From Pelomyxa schiedti (taxonomy: Eukaryota; Protista; Evosea): a stretch of 64,000 nt of DNA. Positions 1 to 12,470 of the stretch are shown in pieces. Both the position numbers and the translations under genes were made by a program. The DNA is taken from contig JAHLWZ010000151.1 of assembly GCA_020536535.1 (NCBI GenBank), forward strand, positions 1 to 64,000, written 5' to 3'. Each line of letters begins with the position of its first letter. The first letter of the stretch is position 1. The notes beneath the pieces were generated by a model. It made no database searches. It saw only the letters and a program-made list of their open reading frames with translations, and was not told the DNA's origin.

Positions 1-1895
1 AGTGGAACGCGACCGAGAAGGACATCAGAAGAGGGGGAGTGGCAGTTCACCACCTGTTTGAAGAAAAGGTTGCAGAGAGACCGAAGGCGACAGCACTCAA
101 GTTCATGGACTCCACGGTGACGTACGAGCAGCTGAACAGCAGGGCGAACCAACTGGCACACCACCTCATCGCAACGGGAAAGGTCGGGCCCGGCATCTTC
201 GTGCCGATTGTCGCGGAGAGGTCGATCGAGATGTACGTTGCGGTATACGCAGTTCTCAAGGCGGGCTCTGCATACATCCCCCTCGACCCTGAATCACCGA
301 GCGACCGCCTGTCGAGCGTCTTTGCCGACTCGCAGCCCCCGTTCGTCCTCCTGTCGAAGAAATCTCTCTCCAAGTGCCTCCCAAGCGGGTCTCCGCCCAC
401 CATCTCGGTTCTCGAAGATTCCAACCTTTGGGAGAGCCAGCCCACGTGCAACCCACCACACGCGATCAAGACGGGGCAAGAACCGATTTACGCGATCCTC
501 ACTTCTGGCTCGACTGGAAAGCCGAAGTTGGCTGTGAACAACCACATTGGAGCAGTGAACCACGGACTGTGGCTCACACAAAAGTTCGGAGTCACATCGG
601 ATTCCCGATTCCTCGTCAAGGCACCATTTTACTTCGATGCCTCGGTGGCCGACATTTTCTTCGTGCTCATTGCCGGTGCATGTGGAGTCCTGTGCCCTCT
701 CGGCTCCGAGATGGATCCTGAGGCTCTCTTGAATATCGTTTCCTCGGAGAAGATCACTTGGATCTTCTTTGTTCCGGCGGTTCTGAAAGAGTTCATCAGC
801 GTTGCTCGCTCGAATCCCAACACCAGACAGATGACAACCTCCTTGAAGCTCGTTTATTCGGGAGGAGACGCTCTCCAGTGGGAAGAAGTGGTCAGATTCG
901 TTGACACGTTTGGTCCGCAGGTCCAGCTGTTCAACGTGTATGGTCCGTCTGAGGCCTCCTGCGGAACAACCTCGTTCGATTGCACCGAGGCGCTTCCCAG
1001 CAGGAACACGCTTTACTCATCCAGCCCTGTTGTTCCACTCGGAAGACCGATCGACAACGTGACCGTTTTCGTGCTCGACAGGAACCTGAAGCCGGTTCCA
1101 GTTGGTGTTGTTGGTGAGATTTACATCGGAGGAATCTCGGTGGGGATGGGATACATGAACAGAGACGATCTCAACGCGAAGCACTTTGTCTCTTCCCCCC
1201 CAACGCTCTGCGGCGGAAAGCTTTACAGAACTGGTGACCTCGGCAGGTTCCTGCAGAACGGCGAGATTTCCTTTGTTGGAAGGGCCGACTTCCAAGTCAA
1301 GCTCCGCGGCCTGAGGGTCGAGCTCGGTGAGATTGAAGAGTGTTTCCGATCGAACCCCTTCGTTAAGGACGTAGTAGTGACCCTCAGGGAGGACACACCT
1401 GGGGTGCAGTTCCTTGCTGCTTATGTGGTTCCAACAGAGGAATTGCTTGACAGTGGCTTTGAGGTTGTTGGAACTGGGCCAGTCATTGAGATTGCTGATG
1501 TGGCAGATGATCTTGTGAATTTCGTTTCCGACAGGCTTCCGCATTACATGGTGCCCACTTCGGTTGTTTTGATGGAACACCTGCCCCTCAGTGCCACTGG
1601 AAAGGTAAATCGCCGCGCTCTGCCAATACCGGCAGGAGCCAGTGGGCCCTCTGATGATGACGCACCTCCTTCCACAGAGAACGAGAAGATTGTGTATGAA
1701 GTGTGGAAGAAAGTTTTTGGATTCAGTGGTGGTGTTCACACAAATTTCTTCCAGGCTGGTGGCAACTCAATGCACATGACCAGGATCACATCTGAGATGC
1801 TGACTGCTGGCCTTCATATCACCGTTGAACAGTTCTTCAAAGCACCCACAGTCGCTGGCGTTGCTGCAAATGCTTCCTCGTCCAAATCTTCATAA
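1..1895 (+). CDS. NRPS C-terminal part: adenylation domain plus terminal PCP (T) domain; 5' end lies outside the window
   Basis: Frame open from base 3 (WNATEKD). A-domain motifs YAILTSGSTGKPK, FDASV, YGPSE, GEIYIGG, LYRTGDLG, GRADFQVKLRGLRVELGEIE, LPLSATGKVNR. PCP motif NFFQAGGNSM. No intron, no TE or R domain before the stop. Confidence 0.95.
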   Translation, partial: WNATEKDIRRGGVAVHHLFEEKVAERPKATALKFMDSTVTYEQLNSRANQLAHHLIATGKVGPGIFVPIVAERSIEMYVAVYAVLKAGSAYIPLDPESPSDRLSSVFADSQPPFVLLSKKSLSKCLPSGSPPTISVLEDSNLWESQPTCNPPHAIKTGQEPIYAILTSGSTGKPKLAVNNHIGAVNHGLWLTQKFGVTSDSRFLVKAPFYFDASVADIFFVLIAGACGVLCPLGSEMDPEALLNIVSSEKITWIFFVPAVLKEFISVARSNPNTRQMTTSLKLVYSGGDALQWEEVVRFVDTFGPQVQLFNVYGPSEASCGTTSFDCTEALPSRNTLYSSSPVVPLGRPIDNVTVFVLDRNLKPVPVGVVGEIYIGGISVGMGYMNRDDLNAKHFVSSPPTLCGGKLYRTGDLGRFLQNGEISFVGRADFQVKLRGLRVELGEIEECFRSNPFVKDVVVTLREDTPGVQFLAAYVVPTEELLDSGFEVVGTGPVIEIADVADDLVNFVSDRLPHYMVPTSVVLMEHLPLSATGKVNRRALPIPAGASGPSDDDAPPSTENEKIVYEVWKKVFGFSGGVHTNFFQAGGNSMHMTRITSEMLTAGLHITVEQFFKAPTVAGVAANASSSKSS

Positions 1896-2165
1896 TCTTT
1901 GTTCCCTCACCTACACCTGTGCATTCCTTAAAAACTGCTCCCAATTTTGAATCTTTTTTTCCCCTTCCCCTAGCAACAAAAATTTGTTGGGCAGAACAAG
2001 TGAAGAGAACGCCAAATATCAGGCATCGAATGGCATACACCTGTGGTAGTCGATATTCGCGCAGATTTGGTACCCTCAACCTCTCCTCCGTCTTCTGTAG
2101 TTTTGCCGATTCGTCAATATAATCTGAGATAGTATTTTCTGTCATATTAAACAGTCTAAAATCTG

Positions 2166-3770
2166 ATGTCCAACGAGTTCCAGCTGCCACCGTCGTCGCG
2201 GTCGGGTGCTCCCCCCGCCTACGTTCCTCCGCTCGGGCCGCCTCCCCCCCGCACCTCCGCGCACCCCCCCCAGTCGCAGTCCCCCCGCCAGCCCGCTCCA
2301 CCGCCGGGCGGCCCCGGCGCCCCGCCCTACTCGCTGCCCCTCGCGGCACCCCCGGCCACGTCCGCTTCCTCCGCCGCCTACTTCTCCTCCACCTCTGCCT
2401 CGTCAGCCGCCGCGCTGCCTCCGATGGGACCCCCGCCCGGCTCAATGCCGCCCCCTCTGGGCACTGGCGCGGGGGAAGGAAATAATACTGCCGGGGAGGC
2501 CCTGCGGGCCAAGATTCTGGAGTACTGCAAGGGCCAGCCGAGGACCACCAAGGACCTGAGTAACTACCTGCTCAGAGAGTCGGGATTCACTGATATCCAG
2601 GTCATTGCTCATGAGCTCAACCGCTTGGCAAAGGAAACTGTGTGCCTCCTTCCCCCCTCTTTAACTGTTGTTTTTTTTTTTTTTAATTATACTTCTTGTT
2701 ATTGTTGTTTGTTGCTGCTACTGCTATTTATTTTTTGCTGTGATTTTAGTATTACTATGTCGATTTACATGCGATTTAGAAACAGTTGAAAATGGTGGAG
2801 CACCATGCAAACGGTCGTATGTTTGTGACAACTGGAACCTATGAAGAAGAGGATCCAAAGTAATGTACCTTTCTCTCCCTCAACTGTCATTCAAGTGCAT
2901 GACCTTCCAAACGCGATACAGATTCAAAGGCCTGGATCCTGATGAGCGCACCACCTTGAGCTGCATTGCCCAGGCAATTGATAAAGGCATCTGGATCGGT
3001 GATTTGAGGCACAAAACAGGCTTATCACAGGTCAAAATTGCCAAGTGTATCAAAGGACTAGAGAGTAGAAAGTTGATAAAGCCTGTCAAGTGCCTGAATT
3101 CCAAGACAAAGAAGGTACACTATCCTGGTTGTACGCTGCTTTGTTTACATTGTGAAGGTGTACATGTTGGCGGAGATTGAACCCTCAGAGGAAGTAACTG
3201 GCGGGGCGTGGTATACAGAAAATGCCGAGTTGGATGAAGGAATGGTTACAACTATGTACCAACAGGTCATAGCTTATTTGGGTACGAAGGCATGTCTAAA
3301 AACTTGTCATTTTTTTTTTTTTTTGACTTGCAACAAAGAATTTAGCAAAAGCTGATGAATTCCTGCACTACATAAAAGAGACTGGTATTTTCACTGTGGC
3401 ACTGCGAGTGGAAGATGTGGAGAAATTTCTTCTGACATTGGTTGCCGACGGAGTTATTGATGAAATATACGATCAGGTGTATGGTTTTGCCAAACCTACT
3501 AGCACAAATTACAAAATATAACTCTCATAACTCACAACAAACAGACCACACATACAAAACAAAATGAAAATTCATACTAACACCACTTTGAAGGGATGGT
3601 TTCTCTATAGACTGAAGACCACACACCCGACCCATAATGCACTTGGCAGCACTCCTTGCGCACACTGCCCCGTTGCCTCACAGTGCAGTAGTTCAATGGC
3701 TTCTCCTGTCAATCCTAGATCTTGTGTATATCTTACCAAGTGGTCCCAGGACATGGAAACTTTCTCATAA
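2166..3770 (+). CDS. POLR3F: RNA polymerase III subunit RPC6/C34 (spliced), with Pro-rich N-terminal extension
   Basis: GIWIGDLRHKTGL, KCIKGLESRKLIKPVK, VYMLAEIEPSEEVTGGAWY, and C-terminal Cys cluster PCAHCPVASQC...SCVYLTKW. Confidence 0.92.
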
Positions 3771-4054
3771 GCCATACCCTGCAGCCTCAAGGGAATAAGT
3801 GAAAATAAAAAGTAAAAAAAAATGCCATGTCAGGGCTTGACTCGTGTTTGTTTCATTGTGATCAATGGTTGATTGTATCATCCTCTGGCAAGTTCTTGGC
3901 CACCTTTGTTTTGTATTCTTGTGTTACGGCGCGGCAGCTGGTTTCAATTGTGGGACGATGTTCGGGAAAACAACAAATATCCCATCTCATATGAAACAGG
4001 AACGGATTTGGGCAAAAATTGTGGCAATTATTTTCAAGGGATGCACGATTGTGT

Positions 4055-5084
4055 TTACCAAGGGGATTTTACAGGTTTATTTCTGAACCATCTCTTGAGA
4101 ATGACAACTTGCCCAAGTGAGGCAAGAAAGATGAGGCAACACAAGGAAAGGCTGTACCACATAATGCTGGTTTCAACTTGTTTCACACCTGAGTTTATTA
4201 TGTGAGAAAATTTGGAGATGGTGAAAGGAATTAGTACCTAGGCGTTGGCGGCCTTCTCTGTACTTGTGCTCGTGATATTTGGATGAAATTGTGTGAAGCG
4301 GCGAATGTGTTGTGTGTTTGGTTTGGGGTTTTGTTAGGGCTGTACTATGTGGTAAGGTTTTGACTTTTGAACTGTTGTGACATCTTCCAGTATAGTCTCG
4401 ATGTTGTGCAAAGTGCTGCCCATCACTTTTTTTGTGTTTAATTGCAAGAAAAGGATAAAGAACGGCAGCTACTTATGTCCAAGGGGTCAGCTAGGTGGAG
4501 AGAATCCTCCATTTCAATTTCGAATGATATTACCTTTTCATCAGCTCCTTTATTACGGAAACAGACCTGTGCGTTACATAGGCGATTAGTGTTGACTGAA
4601 CAGCAGCACAAAGAACGCATACGGTATGGAATCCAGCTTCTTCCGTGACGAATTCTACTCCCTCATCAGCGAAGTCTGCCTCCGCTGGAGTTCCTGCACT
4701 CTCAAAAAGCTAGATATCAAAAGTCAAAACCTTACCACATAGTACAGCCCTAACAAAACCCCAAACCAAACACACAACACATTCGCCGCTTCACACAATT
4801 TCATCCAAATATCACGAGCACAAGCAACAACTCAAAACACCAACAATTCGCAAAAAAAAAAAAAAAAAAAAAAAGGTGGGTTCGTAACACACTCTGACAG
4901 ACATGCCCTTCGAGTCTCCCCGCATCAGCACCCACGTCACCATCACCGTCGTTTCCGCGGGTATGTAAAAGTCGAAGCACTCCTCGCCCCTCTGCATCGT
5001 GAACCCAAGGCCCTCCACGCTCCCCGTCGCCGCGAGCAGCGCGACCGCAACCCCAACCACCAACGCCCTGCTCCACCTCCTCAT
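4055..5084 (-). CDS. emp24/gp25L/p24 (TMED) family cargo receptor (spliced)
   Basis: Signal peptide MRRWSRALVVGVAVALLAA; GOLD motifs GEECFDF and FVTEEAGFHTVCFRN; coil YREGRQR; TM and tail IMWYSL...LGQVVILKRWF. Confidence 0.85.
4263..4824. repeat. Perfect 108-bp inverted repeat (arms 4263-4370 and 4717-4824, 346-bp spacer)
   Basis: cttgtgctcgtgatatttgg...tgacttttga is the exact reverse complement of tcaaaagtcaaaacc...atcacgagcacaag. Confidence 0.95.
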
Positions 5085-5519
5085 TATGGGATGTCTCCCT
5101 TTGGTTGTTGTTGACTCTGTGCCTTGGCCTGGTGACTGGCCTCTAGTGTTTTTATTTTTTCTTTTTTTGTTGATTCCTGCAAGTGGATGACAACGATCAC
5201 CATGAGGTTTTTTGGCCTTGGCTACACGATGATACGCACGAAAAAAGACACACGGTTTCACCTCCAGGATTTTTTTTTTTAATTTTACTACATTTTCTTT
5301 GTCTTGAACTTTCTTTGCATGGCAGTTTCGTATGTCTGTTGAGAGGTGAGATACAGGGGAGTAACTTGAGACTCAGCATTATAAAGGAGGCAAGACACAC
5401 CACAGTATTACATAAAACGTGGTTGAACTCAACCTGCCAAGCTATCTGAAGTGGTTGTGGTTGTTGGTGATGGAGGCTGTTGTTGTCATCCACCAAGTAG
5501 ACACAAAAACGCTTTGCCT

Positions 5520-5790
5520 TTGGATCAGCCAAGTCCACACTATAGAACACTCGGCGCACGCCATACGATTGCATCCACCTTTGAGATAGTTCAGAGAGTG
5601 GCTGACATGAAAAAGATTACCTGACACAATTTGAGCAGGGCTTTGATAAAGCACAGCAGCTGCGGTGTTGTTGCTGGCCCTCGTCCTCAGCAACCGCAGC
5701 AACGCGGACGACAAATAAATCATACCCCCTGTTTGCGTTCTTCACGGCACTGCGTGACGACCGGAGACTTCCCGTGTGCAATGGAATGAC
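5520..5790 (-). pseudogene. Relic of an RBR (Ariadne/Parkin-type) E3 ligase RING2 region
   Basis: SKPCSNC followed, after an intron-like stretch, by GGCNRMACAECSIVWTW, resembling KPCPxC...GGCNHMTCxxC...FCW. No intact surrounding ORF. Confidence 0.4.
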
Positions 5791-6557
5791 TGCCTGTGTT
5801 CTTCTCTTTAAGACGCCACAGCGCGTCCACCTCGGCGTGAGTGCTCAGACAACAGCAGCCTGGTACATGATTGCGCTGTTAGTACTTATGTTGCGTTGTT
5901 AAGGTATATTTGTGTTACATCGCCGACTTGTCAAAATCATCGCACCAAAGCACCCATTAAAAATAACAAAAGAGAAGACACCATACCACCGACGCGATTC
6001 GAGTTGCGGTTGTGACCGACGGAGAGCGGCACGTGGCCGTTCGAATGCGAAACGACGGCGCCGTGCTTGTCCTTCATGTCGCTAAGCAACGCTTGCTCCG
6101 CTGCAATTCCCAACATGTGACGAACTCGCGAGCCAGAGTCGGCTCCGCAGTCGCCACCAACAAAACACTTCATTCCAGCATCGCAGTGCCCCCTCCAATT
6201 GTTACTTGCTCTCATCTTGTGACTAAGGTACGTAAATCCACAAACAGCAATGCAGGTATCGGGTAGTTGTTTTTTTTTTGTTGTATCGAGGGCCGAATTC
6301 GTGTTACAAGTTTTTTTCTTTTCTTGCATTTCAAAGACGGTTCTCAGCAGGAATTGCGGTGCTTCAGTTTCTCTAGGCTGGGCATCCGTGTATCAGTGCA
6401 ATATTGTTGTGATGCGTTTCTGGTAATGGGCTGTGGAATTGGAAACAATGTCGTCAGCTGGTTGACACCAATCTAGTTCCCTTCGAGGAAAATGATGCGC
6501 ACTAAAAGCGATTGGCGAATTTGGGCAAAAGAACAAACAAACATTGCAACACCACTC

Positions 6558-9287
6558 ATGAAGCAACCCTCTTGTTTTCAGCTTGGTCTCTTATGCTTGT
6601 TGGTCTGTGGTTACGTTGCTTCTCAAGGTTTGAATTTTTAGAACTTCAACTTGTGAGTGACATGTCCTTACAGAATTGACATGTGACGAGGCGTTGCAAC
6701 AATGGAACCAAAATGTGTACCCATACTCGGAGGAGATGTCGAAGTATTCTTCCAAAAGACTGGACTCAAATGACCTTGGAAAGTGCGTTGCGTGTCTGGG
6801 CCTCTTATAAATTGTACAACAAATTATGTTTCTAAAAAAAAAAAAAACAATCTAGCTATCATAACTGTTTGATGTTGGCTGATACTGCTCACTATTGCTC
6901 TTGTGGGTTCACACTCGTTGACACGTCCGACAATGCAACTAGTACATCACTGCTGGGAATGTGCCTACCGATAGCATGCAATTCCTCTGAGGTAATAACA
7001 CGCTTCTGGGAGATATCATTGTGAGTCTCTTGAGCAACTGTTGTTACTTCTGAGTGCATGTTTCAGAATTCTGAAAATTGAGACTGATAACTATGTGCTG
7101 ATTCTTCCACGAAGTCATTGTCCGGACGAAACAGCTTCATTGTCTTCTGACAATATTGCTATTGCCGTGGTTTCGTTCTTAGGCTTTTTACTGGCACTTG
7201 TCGTTGTTTCGACACTGTGTGAGATAGGAATTAATGGATCCAGGTAAATATTTCTATTATTATCAAATATTCCCTAAGAAGGGGATATTGTGAGTGGGAC
7301 ATTTGTACCGACCAGAAATAAATTTTTCCAAGACGAAGACTTGCTTTTGGCATGGATGACCCACTGCTGTACCGTGAGCATGTTCAGCAATCTATTGAAA
7401 AGGTGCTCTTCATAAAACCAACCCTCTTTTTTTTTTTTTTTAGATTCAGTACAGCCAAAAGCCGAGTCAAATCTTGTGCGATTTGCAACTTCATTCTCAC
7501 TTATTCGGAACATTAAATCAACAGCATTGTCTGTTGACCGAGAGGACGCTTTCCCTGTTTTAAATGGAATCAGGGTCCTCAGTCTCACGTGAGTTGTTTT
7601 GTGTGAAACTATCACCCACATTCCCCAGATGGGTTATTATGGGTCACACCCTTGTTTTTCAAGAGATCTACCTATCAGATCTAGCATGGCTAGAGTGGAC
7701 CACGAGTAACTTTTTCTGGCAATTTGTTACATCAGCCTTTTTTGCTGTTGATACATTCTTTTTCCTATCTGGTACATGACATAGCTATGAGGACAGCTAA
7801 GGATCCTAATGTTTACCAATTAGGATTCTTGGCGGCCTATCATCTCATCAAGGAAATGAAAAGTAAGGGACACATACTTTCACCTGCGCAGTGGATCATT
7901 ATGTGTGTACTACTGCAGAGAATCTGACTTTTACTCATGTTTGAAAAAGGTATGTTCACAGGTATATCCGGTTGACTCCAGCTTTATTTGTTATGGTGTT
8001 AATATCGTGGTACATCTTGCCGTACATGGGAGAGGGCCCTCTATGGTTTATAAATGTCATCATCTTTTCAATTGCTTAGTCTCATGGGCCAGGAGGTATG
8101 TGCAAGATCCATCAACCAACAATTGTGCCGATTACTGGTGGACGAATCTCCTCTATATAGAAAACATTTATCCTTGGGGTCTAGGGGATGAATGTGCTGG
8201 CTGGCTGTGGTACCTCGCCAATGGCACGTGCTGCAACTAGCATCCTTTCACTTTATAACAATAACATGCAGATATGCAATTCTTTGTTGTTATGCCGTTA
8301 TTTGTTGTGGCCTTCTACTTCAATGAGTGGTTTGGATGGCTCACAGTAGTTGTGGCAACATTTACCAGTGTGATAGCAACAATTTGGCTTATGATTGCAA
8401 ACGACTACTCTGTCTATTTCTGGGCCAGCAACTCTGGTTACTGGGACGACGTGTACGTCAAACCGTGGTGTAGAATACAGCCTTACATGGTAATTGACGA
8501 CCGTTTAACTTTATCTAAACGTCACAGGTTGGGATTGGACTGGGGTTTTTATGCTACAAATTTGATCCGGCCAAGATAAAGCTACCGCCTTGGTTAATGT
8601 ACGTGTTGTATGGCTCTTCAGTCATCTTTCTTGGAATTCCTGCTTTTGGTTGCTTCAAATTGTACCACCAGCAATCAGAGGGTACCAGTTATCTACTAAG
8701 CACAATCTTACATACATGTACCAGATGCATGGAGTACTACCATGAATGGTGTATATGGTGGAATTTGTCGCCTATTTTGGGGGCTTGGGCTGGCCACAAT
8801 GGTTTATGTTTGCACAGCAATTGCCAACGAGAAGGAGCCAGCAGAAAATGGCTTTGTTTACTATTCTAGCTTAGTTGGAAAGTATATTTCAGCCTTTCTA
8901 TCCCATGCCTTCTGGGCTCCAGTCGGCAAGCTTACATACTGTGCCTATTTAATGCATCCTGTGTGGTATGCCTCCTTTCCGCAAAAACAACACAAAGCCA
9001 CTCTTCACGTAATGGAGGCACTAACCAAAAACAAAACCAAAAGGCTCACATTTGCTAATGCTCTCCTGGGGGAGTTCGTGCAAATCAGTAACAGCCTATT
9101 TGCATGCTTCTTCCTTGGCAATGTTTCCATTTCCTTGGCTTTAGCAACCGCTCTTCTCCTGCTTGTAGAGAAGCCGTTTGCCAACCTCGAGGCTATCCTC
9201 ATGGGTATGCTCAAGTCCCGAGGTGAGAAGCCCAAAAAACCGGCCCCAAAGCACTTCTACGACTCGCCTGAAATGTCTATAGAGTAA
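6558..9287 (+). CDS. NRF-6-like membrane O-acyltransferase (Acyl_transf_3 family), spliced
   Basis: Signal peptide and Cys-rich luminal domain; LNGIRVLSLTWVIMGHT, FFAVDTFFFLSG, WYLANDMQFF, YVKPWCRIQPY, GKLTYCAYLMHP, LLVEKPF. Confidence 0.9.
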
Positions 9288-9375
9288 ACAAAAAGGAGCC
9301 ACAGTAGAAACACCTTTCAAATGAAACTTTACAGCAAAATAAACCTCACAATAGCGTTGAGCAAAAAAAAACCTC

Positions 9376-11829
9376 TTAACGTTTTTTCTTATTTTTATCA
9401 TCTCTTTTGATGGCTGGAGCCTTCTTTGTGGCAAAAATGGCTCGAATTTGGCGTAGTGCCTCTTCTCTTCCCTGTAAATTGGGTAGTTTCAGTAAGGAAA
9501 AAGCACAAGGAACCGCAGACAAACCTTGAGGACTGTGTACAATGCGATCAGAGAAGCCACAATAAGGAGTAAAAGTAGAACATCAAAGTAGAAGGGTTTG
9601 CAGTGATAGGCAGACAGTGTTACACTGTGTTGCCCATAAAACACAAGACCACTGCCTTTGTTGGTAACTTTCCAAGTTGTTTCGACAACATCATTTGCAT
9701 GCTGTGATACAAGCTGATGACAGTAAGTATGGAAAACGGGATTAGGGAACTACTTTTTTGAGACTCGAAACTACTGGCAGACCTTTGGGTGACAGTGGGG
9801 ACTGTCGTTGCTCACGAGAAAGCGTGTTTAACCACGAATTGATAAAACTGATGTCTGGTTGATACTCGTTTTGGAATACCTAGTAAAAATTGGTGTTGCT
9901 ATTTAAGTGGGCCAAGGAATACCTTAAAATTCGAGTCTTTAATTTTAAAGATGTACTGTGCAATGACTTCCCCAAGGAATTGAATATTAGTTTCCAAGCT
10001 GGAGGTGTTTATTCTGTCACTGGAGCGCTTTACTTAGATTCCACTTATTTGAAATGAAGTCATACGCTGTATCAAAGATGTGTGATCTAAAAAGCGAAGA
10101 AACGGGAGAGGCAAAGTGTGACAGTGTTGCACTGGTAAAATGCTTCATAGAGAAGTGTTCATGTTCCCATGCAACTTGTGGGTTGGAAATATTGATCTTT
10201 TTATGGACAAGTGAAAAGGAAATTCCCATTGCAGACGCCTGCTGCGTGAAGAGCTGGAGATATTGTGAGAAAATACAGGAACTAGAGCAGAACACTCACA
10301 TCATAGAGGTTCTGTGTAACTCCCTCCTTCGGGGGTCGGGAAATATGAAGATGCAAGCTGTCACTCATACCAATCGAATCCAGACAAATTACAAAATCGA
10401 AGTGTGTATCCTCATTGGCCACGTTATCAAGCCAGTACTTAGAGCCTAATTGTCAGGTCATCTGTTGCCTAATTTCTTTTGGGAACGCTAATTACCAGCA
10501 AAGTTCATGGGTCCTCCAGAAGTGAGCAAGAACTCCAAGTTGAATCTAGGTGTGTTGAGACACGATAAAAAGAAACAAACGAGGGTACAATGGCTGTGTC
10601 TTAGCTCCTCGGTACAGACGAGAGAAAATTCGCAACAGCTCCAGAAGTGCAACGGCGCCACTTCCATTGCTATCGGCGCCTTCTGTCAGACTCTGTGGAG
10701 TTTGTCTTGGATAAGTATAAATAAAAGGGTCATATATGAAAAAAAAAAAAAAAGATGCAACTCAGTACAAGAGAGTGGAATGAACTTATTTACCGGAACA
10801 GCAGAGAAAGTATCGTAATGGGCAACGATTCCAATTGATGGGAGTTTCTCCCCATCTTCTGCAACACCGTTGTTTGGTCCCAAAAGTGTAGCCTATGTTT
10901 ATTTTCAGTGCACTAAGAAACGACTAAGTTGCACTACCCTCAAATCGGTCAAAGTAAAATCAGGTACAGGAGCAGGTTGGCTAGCAGAGGATACTAAACG
11001 AACGTGGTCAGAATGTCGTAGGGCACCACGACGTGCTGTGAGGAATTCAGAAGGTACATCACTCTTGTGTGCGAAGTAGACTGGTGCCTAAATAGTTGTT
11101 GATCACAAGTATTTTCGTGTTAGAAGCAAACAGTAATTTCTGACGTCATGAGCTGTTGTTCTGTGTTGCGCCATTTAAGCTCTTCCGCCTGACTGAGTTT
11201 CGTATCTCTTAAAGCGTTTGAATTTCACTCAGTCTGGAAAGAAACTGAAGAGGAAACCTGTCTGGGAGGAGTACAATAACAGCGCCAGCACCGCGAATAT
11301 CAGTCAGATAGTGTATGACGTCGAAGGTTGCGTCAGGGAAATCGACAACAACAGCATGGCGAAACAGAGTGGATTTTTCCCCTCCCAAGTCAATGGAATC
11401 TCCCTTGTTCACAGACGAGTCTTCATGATTTTTGCCATCCGAGTCGTCCGCGTGCTTTTCCCGGCTATTGACCTCCTTTTCATCGTCGCCGCCATCATCA
11501 TCAGCATCAGCCTGCTCCTCCTCCTCTCGCTCTCGCTTTCCCAGTTCCTTCAGCTTCGCAAGTTCGATAGCCTCTGGTGTTGGAGAGTCCGTTTCTGCAA
11601 AGGTGACCACATCCAGCAAGTTTAGCTGCGCCCTCTGCGAGCCGGTTTTAACAACTTGCCTCGCGGCCGATGGGTTGCCGGCGTCCTTTGGCACCGCGAC
11701 GTCAACCTGGGCCAGCCGGTGGGCCGTAAATTCCCGCGCCGCGAGCACCGACTGCGCGAAAGCGACAAAGAACGCCACCGCGAAAGCGGCAAAGAACGCC
11801 AACGTCCCTGACCCTGATCGTCGTGACAT
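9376..11829 (-). CDS. NCLN: Nicalin (M28 peptidase-like ER protein), spliced
   Basis: Signal peptide, REFTAHRLAQ, GAGAVIVLLP, KLPSIGIVAHYDTFSAVP, GADSNGSGAVALLELLRIFSRLY, TM after KPFYFD, C-terminal KKKR (KKxx ER retrieval). Confidence 0.9.
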
Positions 11830-12039
11830 CGCCCGCTGCGTCGGTCGACAGCCAATCAGCTCCTAATTAAGAACAAACAAGACAGTGAAAAAATGAAGCA
11901 ATTGACTGACTGAGTGGACACCTGTCTGAGATCTCCTCTTCATCCATGACATTCAAAAACTGAGCGTGTGCCACAAGGGTATCACAGCTGGAAGTGGGCT
12001 GATTGGACTTTCTTCCTCCATCTCAACCCAGGCCCCATA

Positions 12040-12470
12040 TCAAATCAGCAGAAAGGTATCAGAGGCATATGGCAGGCGTGTGTGGCTGTCTGAAATTGGG
12101 CACACTGTGTTTGGTGTGCCAGTCGTAGGCAAACTTCTCAAAGTGGGGCGCAGCACTCTTTATCACATTTGGGGTGCCGCCCTTGCAGTTGTCGAGTTGG
12201 ATGTTCTCACTGGTCACAGCAGGACTTTGAGCGTTGATGTAATTCAAGACCTGGAAGCCACACTTTATTTATCCAAGAACTTAGTTTTCATCCATTCTCA
12301 ATTTCAAACAGGTCCGTAGACCCAGCCATTGATGTTGGGCAAGTTGAGGGAGGAATTATGCAAGGGATAGGCCTGTACACCTTGGAGGAGTATTCTTAGG
12401 CAAAGGATGGACACCTCCGCACACGAAACGTTTCGACTTATAATATTTCAACTCACAGTGACACTCCAAC
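12040..12470 (+). pseudogene. Xanthine dehydrogenase/aldehyde oxidase molybdopterin-domain fragment
   Basis: WGAALAVVELDVLTG and [42 protein letters not shown] with in-frame TAG at 12397-12399. The rest of the gene is absent. Confidence 0.85.

Noticed and set aside
4263-4824. MITE or DNA transposon with 108-bp terminal inverted repeats
   Set aside because: The interior is in-frame p24 exons in the correct orientation, and no target-site duplication is visible.
12397-12399. TAG readthrough or alternative genetic code in the XDH fragment
   Set aside because: TAG ends intact genes here (PKS at 16752, STAT), and the fragment lacks most of the protein, so a nonsense mutation is simpler.
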